A stretch of 63,764 bases of DNA, counting the filler. It is 7 parts of 7 records of this genome, joined end to end, with 100 filler letters (N's around TTAATTAATTAA, not from the genome) between each part and the next. Parts side by side here need not be neighbours in the genome. Positions count along the whole stretch, not along the records: positions 1 to 7,462 come from SRR31156797_8428; positions 7,563 to 24,960 come from SRR31156797_8448; 5 more parts are not named here. One strand, given 5' to 3'. How positions within the stretch are numbered: position 1 is the first letter of the stretch; each line of letters starts with the position of its first letter. The notes beneath the pieces were generated by a model. That model did no database searches. It saw nothing but the letters and a program-made list of their open reading frames with translations, and was not told the DNA's origin. This document shows, piece by piece, positions 1-9,843 of the stretch. The position numbers were made by a program, and so were the translations under genes.

Positions 1-39
1 ATTGGTGTATTATTAAAGTATAAAATAAAATATGATTAA
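1..39 (+). CDS. 3' end of an upstream gene, possibly FtsX (partial)
   Basis: Open frame IGVLLKYKIKYD* overlaps the start of the EnvC-like gene. ftsX-envC adjacency is common; identity is inferred from context only. Confidence 0.3.
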   Translation: MGVLLKYKIKYD

Positions 40-1333
40 AAGATTAGCTTTACTATTTTTAGTATCAATCACTTTATTTGGAGCCTCTACTAAAAGTATT
101 GATAAAAAAATTCAAAACAATAAACTAATTCTACAAAAAAATAAAAAAGCCCAAGAACAAAAAGATTTACAAATCAAAATTCTTGCAAAACAAATCAATA
201 ATCAAAATAGTGAATTAAGAAGATTAGAAAAAGCAATTACTATTATTAATGCTGATATAAAAAAACACCAAGGTCAATTAGTTGATGCAAAAAAAGCACT
301 TAAGAGTCTACAAAAAGATTCAACTGATTTAATAAAAGAAAAAAAAGATAGTGAAGAAAAGATTGTTGATACAATCATAAATGAGTTCTCTTCTTCTATT
401 GCATTAAAACTTGCAGGGGAAAGAAGTCTTCAAGAACTTATTGATTCAGAAGTTTATACCCTACTTTCTCAAAGCTCTAAAGATGAGATTATCAAAATAA
501 ACAATAGCTATGAACTATTAACTCAAAATAGAAAAGAGAATAAAAGAAAAATCAACCAAATCAGTACATATATTGAAGATAGAATTAAAAAGAAAAAAGA
601 GTTAAATATTCTAAAAAAGACTCACTCTAAATCTTTAGTATCACTGGAAAGAAAACACAAAGAGTATCAAGTAGAGTTAAAGAAAACTGTACAAAAGCAA
701 GACTCATTAAAACAACTTCTGGGGAAACTAAATATTCTTAAAAAAGAAGAGATAGAAAAGCAAAGAAGAGCAGCAATTGCAAAAGCCAAAAGACTTGCAG
801 CACAAAAGAAAAGAAGAAAAGCACAGAAAAAATCAACTAAGTATGAAGTTAGTGATGAAGATAGAAATAACAGCTATGCAAAAAATCTTGATATAGACGT
901 TAGAATGATTGGTTCTTCAACTTCTGGAATTAAGATTTCAAGATATAGAGGAAGAAAAACTATTGCTCCTCTTGATTCATTTCAAGTTGTTAAAAAGTTT
1001 GGAAAATACTATGACCCAGTTTATAAAATTAAACTATTCAACGAGTCAATTGTATTAAAAACAAAAAAACCTCAAGCAAAAGTAAAATCAATTTTTAATG
1101 GAAAAATTGTTTATGCAAAAAAAGATGCAGGTATGCTTGAAAATGTTGTTATTGTACAACATAGAAATGGTTTACACACAATATATTCTCACTTAGACCA
1201 AATCTCACCTTCTTTAAAGGTAGGAAGATGGATAAAAAAAGGTTATGTTGTAGGAAGAGTTAATAACACACTTACTTTCCAAGCTACCAAGAATGAGATG
1301 CACATCAATCCAAAAGATCTTTTCAAAATATAA
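32..1333 (+). CDS. envC: EnvC-like murein hydrolase activator (coiled coil plus degenerate M23/LytM domain)
   Basis: Signal peptide, long Lys/Glu coiled coil, C-terminal LytM-like region (VVIVQH..IYSHL..VKKG) lacking the HxxxD and HxH zinc motifs. Confidence 0.75.
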   Translation: MIKRLALLFLVSITLFGASTKSIDKKIQNNKLILQKNKKAQEQKDLQIKILAKQINNQNSELRRLEKAITIINADIKKHQGQLVDAKKALKSLQKDSTDLIKEKKDSEEKIVDTIINEFSSSIALKLAGERSLQELIDSEVYTLLSQSSKDEIIKINNSYELLTQNRKENKRKINQISTYIEDRIKKKKELNILKKTHSKSLVSLERKHKEYQVELKKTVQKQDSLKQLLGKLNILKKEEIEKQRRAAIAKAKRLAAQKKRRKAQKKSTKYEVSDEDRNNSYAKNLDIDVRMIGSSTSGIKISRYRGRKTIAPLDSFQVVKKFGKYYDPVYKIKLFNESIVLKTKKPQAKVKSIFNGKIVYAKKDAGMLENVVIVQHRNGLHTIYSHLDQISPSLKVGRWIKKGYVVGRVNNTLTFQATKNEMHINPKDLFKI

Positions 1334-1454
1334 TAAAAATCATTATAAATTATTAAATAAAAATAAAATTAAATTTTTATATATTTTTTCTTATATTTTT
1401 TTAATATATTAAGCCTATTTTTTATAGAATAGCTACCTTAATAAAAGGTATGCA

Positions 1455-3299
1455 ATGAGAAAAAATATTACGCTTTATACGATAGTTATGATTATTATGC
1501 TTTCAGTTACTATTTCCATATTCAGTCTTTATAATCTAAGAAAGACAGGGATTAAATCTGCAATTCACAATGCACAATCTATTTCAGAGGTTGTTAAAAG
1601 TGGATTAACTGCACATATGATTAATGGTAATATGCAAGACGTTGATACATTTATAAATTCTGCATCTAATATTAAAAACGTAGAACAATTATGGCTAGTA
1701 AGAAGTAAATACGTTAATGAACAATTTCCATCTTCTCACTTAAAAAACCCTCCTAGAGATGACTTTGATAAAAAAGCACTTGCAACAGGAAAAATGCAAT
1801 ATATAATAGAAGAAGAGATTACAAGTACAACAGTAAGGGTTACTATTCCATACAATGCAGTTGCTGAAAAGGGAATTGATTGTTTAAAGTGCCACCAAGT
1901 AGAACAAGGTACAACATTAGGTGCAGTTTCTATTGTCTTAGATATTAGTACTATCAAAGAAATAGGTATTGAATCTATTTATGTAATTACTGTTTTAATT
2001 TTAACAACAATTATTTTATTTATTTTAGTTAGTAGAAGATTAATAAGTCCATACCTAAGACTATTTGACAAGTTTAAAATAAATATCAATCAAGCAACAC
2101 ATGGTAGATTTAAAGGAATTGTTCCGCCAACTGGATTATCTGCTGAGATGATTCATATTACTGAAGATTATAATAACTTAATTCAGTCATTTAAAGATAC
2201 TGCTGTTGATATTGATAAGAAACTTCAAGGTTTCGTTGGATTTAAAGCTTCAAATAAAAATAGAAATCCACTTAAAGACTCAAAAGAGATTATTGATAAT
2301 CTATCAAACCTATATCAATTTAAAAAACAAATTGAGTTAGATAATACAAAAGAAGAAATCTACGATAGATTAGCAGAAGTATTAAGAAATAAGTTCAACC
2401 TAAAGAACTTCTCATTTGTAGAAATCGATATGAAAAAACAAAAAATGACTACAATGAAAGAGTGCGGAGAGTCGTTATATTGTGATGAAACTTTAAAAAA
2501 TAATCCTGAAGCTTGTAGGGCAGCAAGAACTAAAAGTGATGTAATGTCAGTTCAGTTCCATAACACTTGTCCACATTTTGATAGTGATAAACTATACTAC
2601 TGTTTTAATGTAGATATTACTCAAAGTTTATATTTAATCATTAACTGTGTTTGTGATACACAAGAAGAGCTTGAAGAACTAAAAGAGAAAACTGTATTTA
2701 TCAAAAGTTATCTAAAAGAGTCTGTACCTTCTATTGAAGTTAAACTTCTTATGAATGCCTTACAAGAATCTGCATTTACAGATGGATTAACTGGTCTATA
2801 CAATAGAAAATTCCTTGAAGAGTATACTAAGAAAATGCTTCCTCAAGTAAAAAGAGATGGTACTAATATTGCACTTTTAATGCTTGATATGGACCATTTC
2901 AAAGCTGTAAATGATGAGTATGGACATGATATTGGTGATAAAGTACTTAAAGAGCTAGCAAGAATTTTAAATGAGACAGTAAGAGAATCAGATATTATCA
3001 TCAGATATGGTGGTGAAGAGTTTATGATTTTACTTATGGGTGTAAACAGTGATGAAGATGCCCTAAATGTAGCAAGAAAAATTGGGGATAAAGTAAGAGA
3101 AAATGAAATTGATGTTTATGCAGGAAATAAACTAAAGAAAACTGTTAGTTTAGGTCTTTCTATGTATCCAGAAGATTCAAGTTCATTTGAAACTGTTATC
3201 AAAAATGCTGATATTGCTTTATATGAAGCAAAAAATAGCGGAAGAGATAAAGTAGTTAGATTTAAAGAAGAACAAGTTTCAAGTGTTGACTTGTTCTAA
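1455..3299 (+). CDS. Membrane diguanylate cyclase with periplasmic CxxCH sensor domain
   Basis: Two TM segments flank a domain with CLKCH. C-terminal DGLTGLYNR, DMDHFK, RESD I-site, YGGEEF. Confidence 0.9.
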   Translation: MRKNITLYTIVMIIMLSVTISIFSLYNLRKTGIKSAIHNAQSISEVVKSGLTAHMINGNMQDVDTFINSASNIKNVEQLWLVRSKYVNEQFPSSHLKNPPRDDFDKKALATGKMQYIIEEEITSTTVRVTIPYNAVAEKGIDCLKCHQVEQGTTLGAVSIVLDISTIKEIGIESIYVITVLILTTIILFILVSRRLISPYLRLFDKFKININQATHGRFKGIVPPTGLSAEMIHITEDYNNLIQSFKDTAVDIDKKLQGFVGFKASNKNRNPLKDSKEIIDNLSNLYQFKKQIELDNTKEEIYDRLAEVLRNKFNLKNFSFVEIDMKKQKMTTMKECGESLYCDETLKNNPEACRAARTKSDVMSVQFHNTCPHFDSDKLYYCFNVDITQSLYLIINCVCDTQEELEELKEKTVFIKSYLKESVPSIEVKLLMNALQESAFTDGLTGLYNRKFLEEYTKKMLPQVKRDGTNIALLMLDMDHFKAVNDEYGHDIGDKVLKELARILNETVRESDIIIRYGGEEFMILLMGVNSDEDALNVARKIGDKVRENEIDVYAGNKLKKTVSLGLSMYPEDSSSFETVIKNADIALYEAKNSGRDKVVRFKEEQVSSVDLF

Positions 3300-3317
3300 T
3301 ATAGAAGCTAATTAAAA

Positions 3318-3674
3318 TTAATTAGCTTCTACTAGTTGATTCTCATCCGCTATATAATCATGTTTAATACAGTGTTCACATCGAATAATATCATCATAAT
3401 TAATAGTTGATAATTCTAACTCTTTAAACTCATCTTGTATTATTTTTATAGCCTCTTCATCAGCAGAATACAAAATAGATTTTCCTTCTACATTTCCGCT
3501 AACTACCTTATCAGTTTTAGATAGAACATTTTTAAGACTCTCTTCCCAATAAGAGATTAACTCTTCGTTATCTTCTAATTCATCATAACGAATATCCCAT
3601 TGGGCACAAAGGTCTGGTAAAAGGCCACATGTTCGCTTATCGTAAAAGTCGATTGTAATTCCTTGAAGTTTCAT
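3318..3674 (-). CDS. Acidic hypothetical protein with four Cys (C-x6-C and CEHC)
   Basis: 118-aa ORF with AAGGAG RBS upstream; no family recognised. Confidence 0.7.
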   Translation of the reverse strand: MKLQGITIDFYDKRTCGLLPDLCAQWDIRYDELEDNEELISYWEESLKNVLSKTDKVVSGNVEGKSILYSADEEAIKIIQDEFKELELSTINYDDIIRCEHCIKHDYIADENQLVEAN

Positions 3675-3763
3675 AATAAACTCCTTAATTATTATATAAT
3701 TAATTCTATAACTAGCACTCTTAATAATAAAAGTAATAAAAAAACTAATTACTTAAATTAAGA

Positions 3764-6583
3764 TTACTTTGGCAAAAGTTTTATAGTAAACTCTGCCCCT
3801 TTATATTCTTCATCTAAATATGAATACTCATGATTTACCACAGAAATTTCCCCACCTAAATGTTTAGTGACAATTTGATTTGTCATATAAAGACCTATTC
3901 CTGTACCCTGTGATTGATGTTTTGTAGTAAAATACGGTTCAAAAATCTTATTAACATACTCTTTTTTTATTCCCATTGCATTATCTTTTATAGTAATAAT
4001 AAAATTCTCTTTTTTCTTAAATAAATCAATAAAAACATATCTGTTAAATTCACTATCATCAAGATTACTCAAAGCATCATTTGCATTATTTAATAGATTT
4101 ATTAAAGCTTGAATAAATAGATTCTCATTGCATTCAAAAAATAAATCATCTTCAAGATTTAGTATTAAAGTTATATCTTTTGTTTTATATGAATCCTTTA
4201 CTAATGCAATTACCTTAAAAATAGCCTCTTTTAGATTGACGCTTTTTTTAATTTGAGAATCAGAAAGAAAGAAGTTTCTAAAATCATCAATTGTAGATGA
4301 AAGATATTGGGCATATTTATTGATATTATCTAGATTTAACATTAACTCCTCATCTTCTAGTATTCCCATCTCTTTTTTTAGTTTTGTACCAGTTGCGACA
4401 CTTGCAATTACAGATAAAGGTTGTCTCCATTGATGTGAGATATTACCTAACATTTCCCCTAAAGATGCAATTTTTGATTGCTGATACATCATCTCTTGAT
4501 TTTTTATTTGCTCTGTGATATCAATAATATATCCAATAAAATTCACAACACAATTTTCATTGTCTATTTCAGTTACGGTATAATCAAGTACCCACTTTTC
4601 CTCACCACTTTTTGTGATTATTCGATACGGTTCATGTTTAAAGTAGTCTTTCTTCTTATTTAATGATTTTTTATATTCACTTTTTACTCGTATTAAATCA
4701 TCTTTATGAATACAATTAAAGTAATCAATTTCATTGTTTAGAAACTCTTTTTTCGAGTATCCTAAAAGTTTTTTAATACTTAATGAAGCATATTCAATAG
4801 TCCATATCTCATCATTTTTCCATTTTAGTAATACTGAGTCACCCTTATCAAATAAGGATAATAATACTTGTTGAGATTTAGTTAAAGAGTTAGCAAGTAT
4901 ATTTAACTCCTTTAACTCATTTTCCCTTCTTTTTAATTCTGTAATGTCATGACCTATTCCTAAAACTCCAATGATATTACCTGCTTTATCTTTCATAGCC
5001 TTTTTTGAAGTATGTAATAAAACCTCTCTTCCATCTGTAGCATAAGTTACTTTCTCTTCATTTTTATTTACACCTTTTGCTTTCATTGCTTTTTTATCAT
5101 TCATTCTAAAAAAATCAGCAAGTGGTTTATCTACATAGTCATAATCAGTTTTACCAACTATATTTCCCTCTTTATCCCCAAAAAACTTTTCAAACTCTGG
5201 ATTACAAGCTAAATATACACCATCTTGGTCTTTTAGCCAAAGCATATCAGGGATTGTAAGTAAAATATTTTTAAGTAGTATCTGTTTTTGATTTAACTGT
5301 TCTTCATATTTTTTTCTTAAAGAGATATCATTTATTGTCCACAAAATACCCTTAGACAAATCTGCTGGTCTATTCTCATCTAAAGCCTTTCCTGACATTC
5401 TACACCATACAGGAACATTATCTTTTCGTTTTAGTTTATACTCTATATCAAAAGTTCTATCTTCTATTAAACTAGGATGAGACTTTTTGTAAAACTCATT
5501 TCTCTTTTTTTCACTTATATGAAATATTGTAGTGTGAAGCCCTATAAACTCTTTTGCAGACTCATATCCCATCATCTCTGCAAATCTATGGTTTGCATCA
5601 AGAATTTCACCCTCTTTTGAAACATAAACAATCCCAGAGTGAGAGTTATCAAATAGAAGTTTTAAATTCTTTTCTCTATTTTTTAAAGTAGAAGTATATT
5701 CATGTTTTTCGATAGCTTTTGCAGCAATATTTGCATATGTTTCTATATATTTTAAATCATAACTATTTGGAGAAGATGGTTTTTCATTATATATTGCAAA
5801 AGTACCTAAAACTTCATTATTAGAAGAGATAATTGGTTCAGACCAACAAGAGTGAAGATTTGCTTTTTGTGTGAACTCTAAAAAACCTTGCCAGTTTTCA
5901 TGTTCATCAATATTTTCAACAATAACTCTATTTTTTGCAAATGCTGCTGCACCACAGGAACCAATTTTTCTTCCTATTTTAGTTCCATTTACAGCATCAT
6001 TATAAAACTTTGGTAAAGAAGGAGCTGCTCCTGTAAGTAATCTAGTCTTTGACTTATCTAATAAAAGAATTGAACACTTTGAAGGAGAACATCTTTTTTC
6101 TGCAAGTAATACAATTCTTTCTAGTAACTTATCTAAAGAACTTTCTATAGCTACATACTCTAATAACTCTTTATTATCTTTATAAATAACTTCATAATGC
6201 TTAGTTGTGGTTATATCTTCAATTAATCCCCAAACAACTTTTTTACCATTATTTTCCTCTAAACTAAAACCACTAATTCTAATGGGAAATCTTGTTCCAT
6301 CTTTTTTGATATACTCTTTTTCATTTGGTCCAAACCGCTTATACTTTGTCAAGTCTTTAAACTGCTGTTCTTCTTGTTTTTCATAACCTTTGGGAGTAAT
6401 ATCCCAAAAAGACAAGGATAAAAACTCACTTTTTGAATAACCTGTATAGTCTAATAAAGCTTGATTAACTTCTATAAACTTTCCTGTTTCTTGTTCAATC
6501 ATTGCCATTCCAATAGGAGAAAACTCAAATAATATTTTGAACTTTTCTTCTGAACGAGCTAGTTTTAATTCAGACTCAATCAT
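3764..6583 (-). CDS. Cytoplasmic PAS-GAF-PAS-PAS-PAS sensor histidine kinase
   Basis: Repeated PAS/PAC signatures, GAF (GSCGAAAF..SCWSEPI), H-box NISHQWRQPL, HATPase N/G boxes (DNAMGI, GTGIGLY); no TM segment. Confidence 0.9.
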   Translation of the reverse strand: MIESELKLARSEEKFKILFEFSPIGMAMIEQETGKFIEVNQALLDYTGYSKSEFLSLSFWDITPKGYEKQEEQQFKDLTKYKRFGPNEKEYIKKDGTRFPIRISGFSLEENNGKKVVWGLIEDITTTKHYEVIYKDNKELLEYVAIESSLDKLLERIVLLAEKRCSPSKCSILLLDKSKTRLLTGAAPSLPKFYNDAVNGTKIGRKIGSCGAAAFAKNRVIVENIDEHENWQGFLEFTQKANLHSCWSEPIISSNNEVLGTFAIYNEKPSSPNSYDLKYIETYANIAAKAIEKHEYTSTLKNREKNLKLLFDNSHSGIVYVSKEGEILDANHRFAEMMGYESAKEFIGLHTTIFHISEKKRNEFYKKSHPSLIEDRTFDIEYKLKRKDNVPVWCRMSGKALDENRPADLSKGILWTINDISLRKKYEEQLNQKQILLKNILLTIPDMLWLKDQDGVYLACNPEFEKFFGDKEGNIVGKTDYDYVDKPLADFFRMNDKKAMKAKGVNKNEEKVTYATDGREVLLHTSKKAMKDKAGNIIGVLGIGHDITELKRRENELKELNILANSLTKSQQVLLSLFDKGDSVLLKWKNDEIWTIEYASLSIKKLLGYSKKEFLNNEIDYFNCIHKDDLIRVKSEYKKSLNKKKDYFKHEPYRIITKSGEEKWVLDYTVTEIDNENCVVNFIGYIIDITEQIKNQEMMYQQSKIASLGEMLGNISHQWRQPLSVIASVATGTKLKKEMGILEDEELMLNLDNINKYAQYLSSTIDDFRNFFLSDSQIKKSVNLKEAIFKVIALVKDSYKTKDITLILNLEDDLFFECNENLFIQALINLLNNANDALSNLDDSEFNRYVFIDLFKKKENFIITIKDNAMGIKKEYVNKIFEPYFTTKHQSQGTGIGLYMTNQIVTKHLGGEISVVNHEYSYLDEEYKGAEFTIKLLPK

Positions 6584-6727
6584 AATACAACCTCACATAT
6601 AAGCAACCTTCAATTATTATAACAAATAAATTATTTTAATTACACTTTCTTGATAATTTAACTTTTATTTCTAATATTCTACCTTTCAAGTAAAAGCTTG
6701 TATAATTGAAAAAACAAAAGAGTTGAT

Positions 6728-7303
6728 ATGGCAATAGAAGATAAAGAAAAATGGAATAAAAAATATAAAAACACTCCTGAACTTTTAGCAAGTAGACCTC
6801 AAAGTTATAAACTATCAAATATAATAAACCATGCAAAGGGTTTAAATGCACTAGATGTAGCTTGTGGCTCAGGTAGAAATTCAATTTTTCTTGCAAATAG
6901 TGGTTTTAATGTAACTTCAGTTGATATTTCAGAAGTTGCACTAGATTCTTTAAATGAAAAGAATAACCCAAAGATAAAAACACAACTTGTAGATTTAGAT
7001 ACACATAAATTTAATGAAAATAGCTATGATTTAATCATAATGACAAACTTCTTAGATAGAAAAGCTATTCCTAAACTAGTTAAAGCTTTAAAAAAAGAAG
7101 GTGTTTTATTTATAGAAACCTATATGTTCCATGAAGAGAATGAAAAACCACCTTCAAACCCTGATTTTTTATTAAAAGAAGGGGAACTAAAATCTTTTTT
7201 TGACGAAAAAGAAGTAGAGATTTTAGAGTATGATGAGTTTTTTAATGAAAGCTTTGAACTATACAAGATGAGAAAACAAGCAATTACAATAAGAAAAAAA
7301 TAG
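6728..7303 (+). CDS. Class I SAM-dependent methyltransferase (TehB-like)
   Basis: ALDVACGSGRNS motif I, VDIS motif II, YDLI. Confidence 0.85.
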   Translation: MAIEDKEKWNKKYKNTPELLASRPQSYKLSNIINHAKGLNALDVACGSGRNSIFLANSGFNVTSVDISEVALDSLNEKNNPKIKTQLVDLDTHKFNENSYDLIIMTNFLDRKAIPKLVKALKKEGVLFIETYMFHEENEKPPSNPDFLLKEGELKSFFDEKEVEILEYDEFFNESFELYKMRKQAITIRKK

Positions 7304-7327
7304 AGTTACTTAAAAGGTAACTCTATT
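7299..7327. terminator. Hairpin between convergent genes, possible bidirectional terminator
   Basis: AATAGAGTTAC-ttaaaag-GTAACTCTATT, an 11-bp perfect stem overlapping both stop codons. Confidence 0.55.
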
Positions 7328-7461
7328 ATAAAACAAGCCCCTACGTAACTTCTATCTTTATAAATATATGAATAGTTTTCAACATATAGTTTACCCTTCA
7401 TATGGTTTCTTATAATCTCTTGGCTCATATAAAGACCTATTCCTGTTCCTTGAGACTGATG
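7306..7461 (-). CDS. C-terminal fragment of a second histidine kinase (truncated by contig end; not in the ORF track)
   Basis: Manual translation HQSQGTGIGLYMSQEIIRNHMKGKLYVENYSYIYKDRSYVGACFIIELPFK* resembles the HATPase end of the 3764-6583 kinase. Confidence 0.85.
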   Translation of the reverse strand, partial: HQSQGTGIGLYMSQEIIRNHMKGKLYVENYSYIYKDRSYVGACFIIELPFK

Positions 7462-7462
7462 T

Positions 7463-7562
7463 NNNNNNNNNNNNNNNNNNNNNNNNNNNNNNNNNNNNNN
7501 NNNNNNTTAATTAATTAANNNNNNNNNNNNNNNNNNNNNNNNNNNNNNNNNNNNNNNNNNNN
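7463..7562. other. Artificial contig spacer
   Basis: 100 bp of N around TTAATTAATTAA (stops in all six frames); composition changes across it. Confidence 0.98.
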
Positions 7563-7607
7563 AACATTAACTTATCCAGATTGGTATAACTCTTTGCTGC
7601 AGAAACA

Positions 7608-7635
7608 AAAAAGGTCAACCTAGGTTGACCTTTTT
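7608..7635 (-). terminator. Intrinsic terminator after panC
   Basis: Perfect 28-bp palindrome AAAAAGGTCAACCTAGGTTGACCTTTTT. Confidence 0.85.
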
Positions 7636-7649
7636 AATACCAAAATGGG

Positions 7650-8531
7650 TTACTCAGCAGAGCTTTCTTCTTTAGTGTCACTCGTTAACTCAACCGTTTG
7701 GTTGTCGATTAAACGAACGTTACCTAAGAATGCAGACATTAGAATGACCGCCTGTGCGGTATCTGCTGTGATTGCTTGCAGTGTACGAGCATCGCGGATA
7801 AAGATCTCATCCGGTTGCAGATCGGCAGCACGAAGTTGATCTTCCGCGTCTTCAATAACAGAAGGGTAGTCGTCTCGGCCACCACGTATTGCACTGCTTA
7901 TCCAGCGCATGGTGCGAGCAAGTACTGGGGCACGTTGACGCTCATCTAAAGTCAGAAGATTATTGCGTGAGCTCATTGCTAAGCCATCCATTTCACGAAC
8001 GGTTGGCACGCCGATTATTTCAATATCTAAGCAAAGATCTTCGACCATTTGGCGAATCACAGCCAATTGCTGGAAGTCTTTCTCACCAAAACAAGCCACA
8101 TCTGGCTGAACAATGTTAAACAGCTTAGTGACGACGGTAGATACGCCACGAAAATGCCCTGGGCGAGAAGCGCCTTCGAGTATTTGTGATAGAACTGGAA
8201 CTTCAACGGAAGTTTGTTTATCAAGACCGTACGGATACATGATTTCAGGTGTTGGTGTGAATAACACGTCCACATGTTCATTGGTCAGCTTTTGAAAATC
8301 GTCTTCCATGGTGCGAGGGTAACTGTTTAAGTCATCCGCACGCTCAAATTGCATTGGGTTAACGAAAATACTGACCACAACCACGTCAGCTAACTCACGT
8401 GCTTTTCGCACAAGAGTCATGTGACCTTCGTGGAGGTTGCCCATCGTTGGGACAAAAGCCACCTTTCTACCTTCACGCTTATACTGTTTTATCTGCTCAC
8501 GTAGAGCTGAAATCTCAGCAAATGTCTGCAT
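7650..8531 (-). CDS. panC: Pantoate-beta-alanine ligase
   Basis: [36 protein letters not shown]. Confidence 0.97.
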   Translation of the reverse strand: MQTFAEISALREQIKQYKREGRKVAFVPTMGNLHEGHMTLVRKARELADVVVVSIFVNPMQFERADDLNSYPRTMEDDFQKLTNEHVDVLFTPTPEIMYPYGLDKQTSVEVPVLSQILEGASRPGHFRGVSTVVTKLFNIVQPDVACFGEKDFQQLAVIRQMVEDLCLDIEIIGVPTVREMDGLAMSSRNNLLTLDERQRAPVLARTMRWISSAIRGGRDDYPSVIEDAEDQLRAADLQPDEIFIRDARTLQAITADTAQAVILMSAFLGNVRLIDNQTVELTSDTKEESSAE

Positions 8532-8541
8532 GAACTACTCC

Positions 8542-9336
8542 TTAGGCAATAGTATGTGCTTCATCCGGGAAGCGACCTGCTTCTACATCGGCAATGTATG
8601 CAGCAACAGCTTTATGCATATCGCCTGTTTCAGCAAGGAAGTTTTTCGAGAATTTTGGCATGTAGTTAGCCGAAATTCCAAACATATCGTGCATAACGAG
8701 GATCTGACCGTCAGTAACATTACCCGCGCCGATGCCGATAACTGGCACATCAAGAATTTGAGTAATACGTTCCGCCAGCGAAGCGGGTACACATTCTAAC
8801 AGTACGATTTGCGCGCCAGCTTCCTGAAGTGCGAGTGCATCACGGACCATGCGGTCTGCTTGCTCTTGATCGCGACCTTGCACTTTATAACCACCAAAAA
8901 TGTTGACCGACTGAGGCGTTAAACCTAAGTGAGCACAGACGGGAACCGCGCGTTCAGTCAGCATTTTTACGGTATCAACTAACCACTCGCCGCCTTCTAT
9001 TTTAACCATGTTTGCACCCGCGCGCATGATCGTCGCCGCATTTTCACATGCTTGTTCTGGCGTTGCGTAGCTCATAAACGGCATGTCAGCCATCAGTAGA
9101 CAGTTAGGGCTGCCTTTACGTACACAGCGAGTGTGGTAAGCGATGTCTTCAACAGAGACCGGCAGAGTATCGCTTTCGCCTTGTAGAACCATACCTAAAG
9201 AGTCACCGACTAGCAGAACCGGCATCTCTTGGCTTTCAAATAACTGTGCGAAACTCGCATCATAGGCAGTAGAAGTAGCAAACTTACGACTTTCTTTTTT
9301 CCACTTCATTAGGTCGTTGATTGATATTTTTTTCAT
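8542..9336 (-). CDS. panB: 3-methyl-2-oxobutanoate hydroxymethyltransferase
   Basis: [27 protein letters not shown]. Start placed at ATG 9336 (MKKIS) behind AAGGA. Confidence 0.97.
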   Translation of the reverse strand: MKKISINDLMKWKKESRKFATSTAYDASFAQLFESQEMPVLLVGDSLGMVLQGESDTLPVSVEDIAYHTRCVRKGSPNCLLMADMPFMSYATPEQACENAATIMRAGANMVKIEGGEWLVDTVKMLTERAVPVCAHLGLTPQSVNIFGGYKVQGRDQEQADRMVRDALALQEAGAQIVLLECVPASLAERITQILDVPVIGIGAGNVTDGQILVMHDMFGISANYMPKFSKNFLAETGDMHKAVAAYIADVEAGRFPDEAHTIA

Positions 9337-9360
9337 TTTTATGTCCTTACTAGGCACCGG

Positions 9361-9843
9361 TTATTGCCAAATACGAAGTCCATTAATAGGAACGGATTTC
9401 AGCAACTCTTCCAGCTTAGTCCCATCAGGGAGTTGTAGCGATGGTGCAATTTCTGCAAGTGGGTAGAGAACGAATTCACGTACTCGCATCCCGTAGTGAG
9501 GAATGGTTAATCGCTCTGAATCCATAACCTCGTCACCGTAAAGAATGATGTCTAGATCTAGGGTTCTTGGCCCCCAGCGTTCATCTTTACGAACTCGTCC
9601 TTGCTCTTGTTCGATGGCTTGTGTGCAATCAAGCAGTTCGAGTGGTAATAAATCGGTTTCAATCGCGACGACAGCGTTGATGTAGTCCGGTTGATTTTGT
9701 GGCCCCATAGGTGTGCTGCTATAGAGCGATGAAGTCGCGATAAAACGCGACTTCGGTAACTGTTTAAGAGCTTCAATAGCCTGATTGGCTTGCGTTACTG
9801 GGTCGCTGAGATTACTGCCTACGGCGATATATGCAATGCTCAT
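9361..9843 (-). CDS. folK: 2-amino-4-hydroxy-6-hydroxymethyldihydropteridine diphosphokinase
   Basis: AVGSNL, QPDYINAV, RWGPRTLDLDI, PH motif. Confidence 0.97.
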   Translation of the reverse strand: MSIAYIAVGSNLSDPVTQANQAIEALKQLPKSRFIATSSLYSSTPMGPQNQPDYINAVVAIETDLLPLELLDCTQAIEQEQGRVRKDERWGPRTLDLDIILYGDEVMDSERLTIPHYGMRVREFVLYPLAEIAPSLQLPDGTKLEELLKSVPINGLRIWQ

